A DNA stretch of 48,260 nucleotides from positions 1 through 48,260 of the forward strand of contig JAQCIX010000001.1 in assembly GCA_027593365.1 (NCBI GenBank), given 5' to 3'. This document shows, in pieces, positions 47,829 to 48,260 of this stretch; positions within the stretch are counted from its first letter, which is position 1, and each line of letters opens with the position of its first letter. The position numbers and the translations under genes are program-made. This stretch comes from Verrucomicrobiota bacterium (GTDB lineage Bacteria; Verrucomicrobiota; Verrucomicrobiia; Opitutales; Seribacteraceae). The notes beneath the pieces were generated by a model. It did no database searches, was not told the origin of the DNA, and saw only the letters and a list, made by a program, of their open reading frames with translations.

Positions 47829-48260
47829 TTAGGCAGCTTTGTGCTCGGAAGAAAATTTACGGTTCGCTCCATTATCGAAATCAGAAAATTTCTCGAATCT
47901 GTTTAGCCCCCTTCGGATAACCTCACGTTTCGCTTTGAGCAGAGACTTGGATGCAAGCTTTATTTTACGAAATTTGATCGTACCTTTTCGGTCTTCGCTA
48001 ATTTCTGCCATTTTATAATAAATGGTTCCACTTGCAGTTTGGGTAAGATGCTCCGTAAGTTGAATTTCTTTTCTCTTTCTCTTTCGTAGGCGTTTCACAC
48101 TCCCCATTGAGATACCATCTTTGGGTAATGTCTCTTCCCGCCCTAAATCGCCTTTGGACTCAGCCAGCAGACGATTCATCGTGTCTTCGTTCAAATACTT
48201 ATTGCGCAAATCGGTACATACAAAGTCGTCGTCATATTTTACTTCCATCAATGGGTCATC
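47829..48260 (-). CDS. hypothetical basic protein (frame open to the window edge; start may be ATG 48248 or outside the window)
   Basis: At least 140-aa ORF ending 21 bp upstream of the ECF sigma; Lys/Arg-rich. Confidence 0.6.
   Translation of the reverse strand, partial: DDPLMEVKYDDDFVCTDLRNKYLNEDTMNRLLAESKGDLGREETLPKDGISMGSVKRLRKRKRKEIQLTEHLTQTASGTIYYKMAEISEDRKGTIKFRKIKLASKSLLKAKREVIRRGLNRFEKFSDFDNGANRKFSSEHKAA

Noticed and set aside
1-48260. CRISPR arrays, rRNA, IS elements, defence systems, tandem repeats
   Set aside because: None seen on manual reading; short degenerate repeats could have been missed without computation

Overview
Gene-dense bacterial chromosome segment, mostly core genome. 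A Verrucomicrobiota/PVC (Opitutales-like) origin is inferred from the PVC-type ECF sigma with a FecR-LamG anti-sigma, the three-domain IspG and the secreted sulfatase; no database search was possible. In order, it holds: korAB (korB cut by the window edge); a 2OG-Fe(II) oxygenase; a complete SAM-independent carboxy(nor)spermidine operon (speA, dehydrogenase, nspC, speB) directly downstream of tRNA-Pro(TGG); metH; thrS-yidD-menF-menD-fpg; an LplT/Aas-like gene with nrnA-truB-ribF; a sulfatase; phhB; uppS-cdsA-dxr-rseP-ispG-IMPase; tRNA-Gly(TCC). A more AT-rich mixed region follows (M14 peptidase, TPR lipoprotein, CbbY-like HAD plus ribulose-kinase-like FGGY, a tandem SH3/YccV-like protein plus cryptochrome-DASH, GNAT, NUDIX, DUF6580-like membrane protein), then rlmB-like, cysI, tsaD, a MidA-type methyltransferase and the ECF/anti-sigma pair. 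I saw no CRISPR array, rRNA, transposase or full integrase. I cannot claim one clearly novel multi-gene system. The best leads are the unknown tandem-domain gene before CRY-DASH, the CbbY + ribulose kinase pair, an A73 discriminator in tRNA-Gly, a 36-bp dyad abutting the metH start codon, and an eroded Aas adenylation domain.
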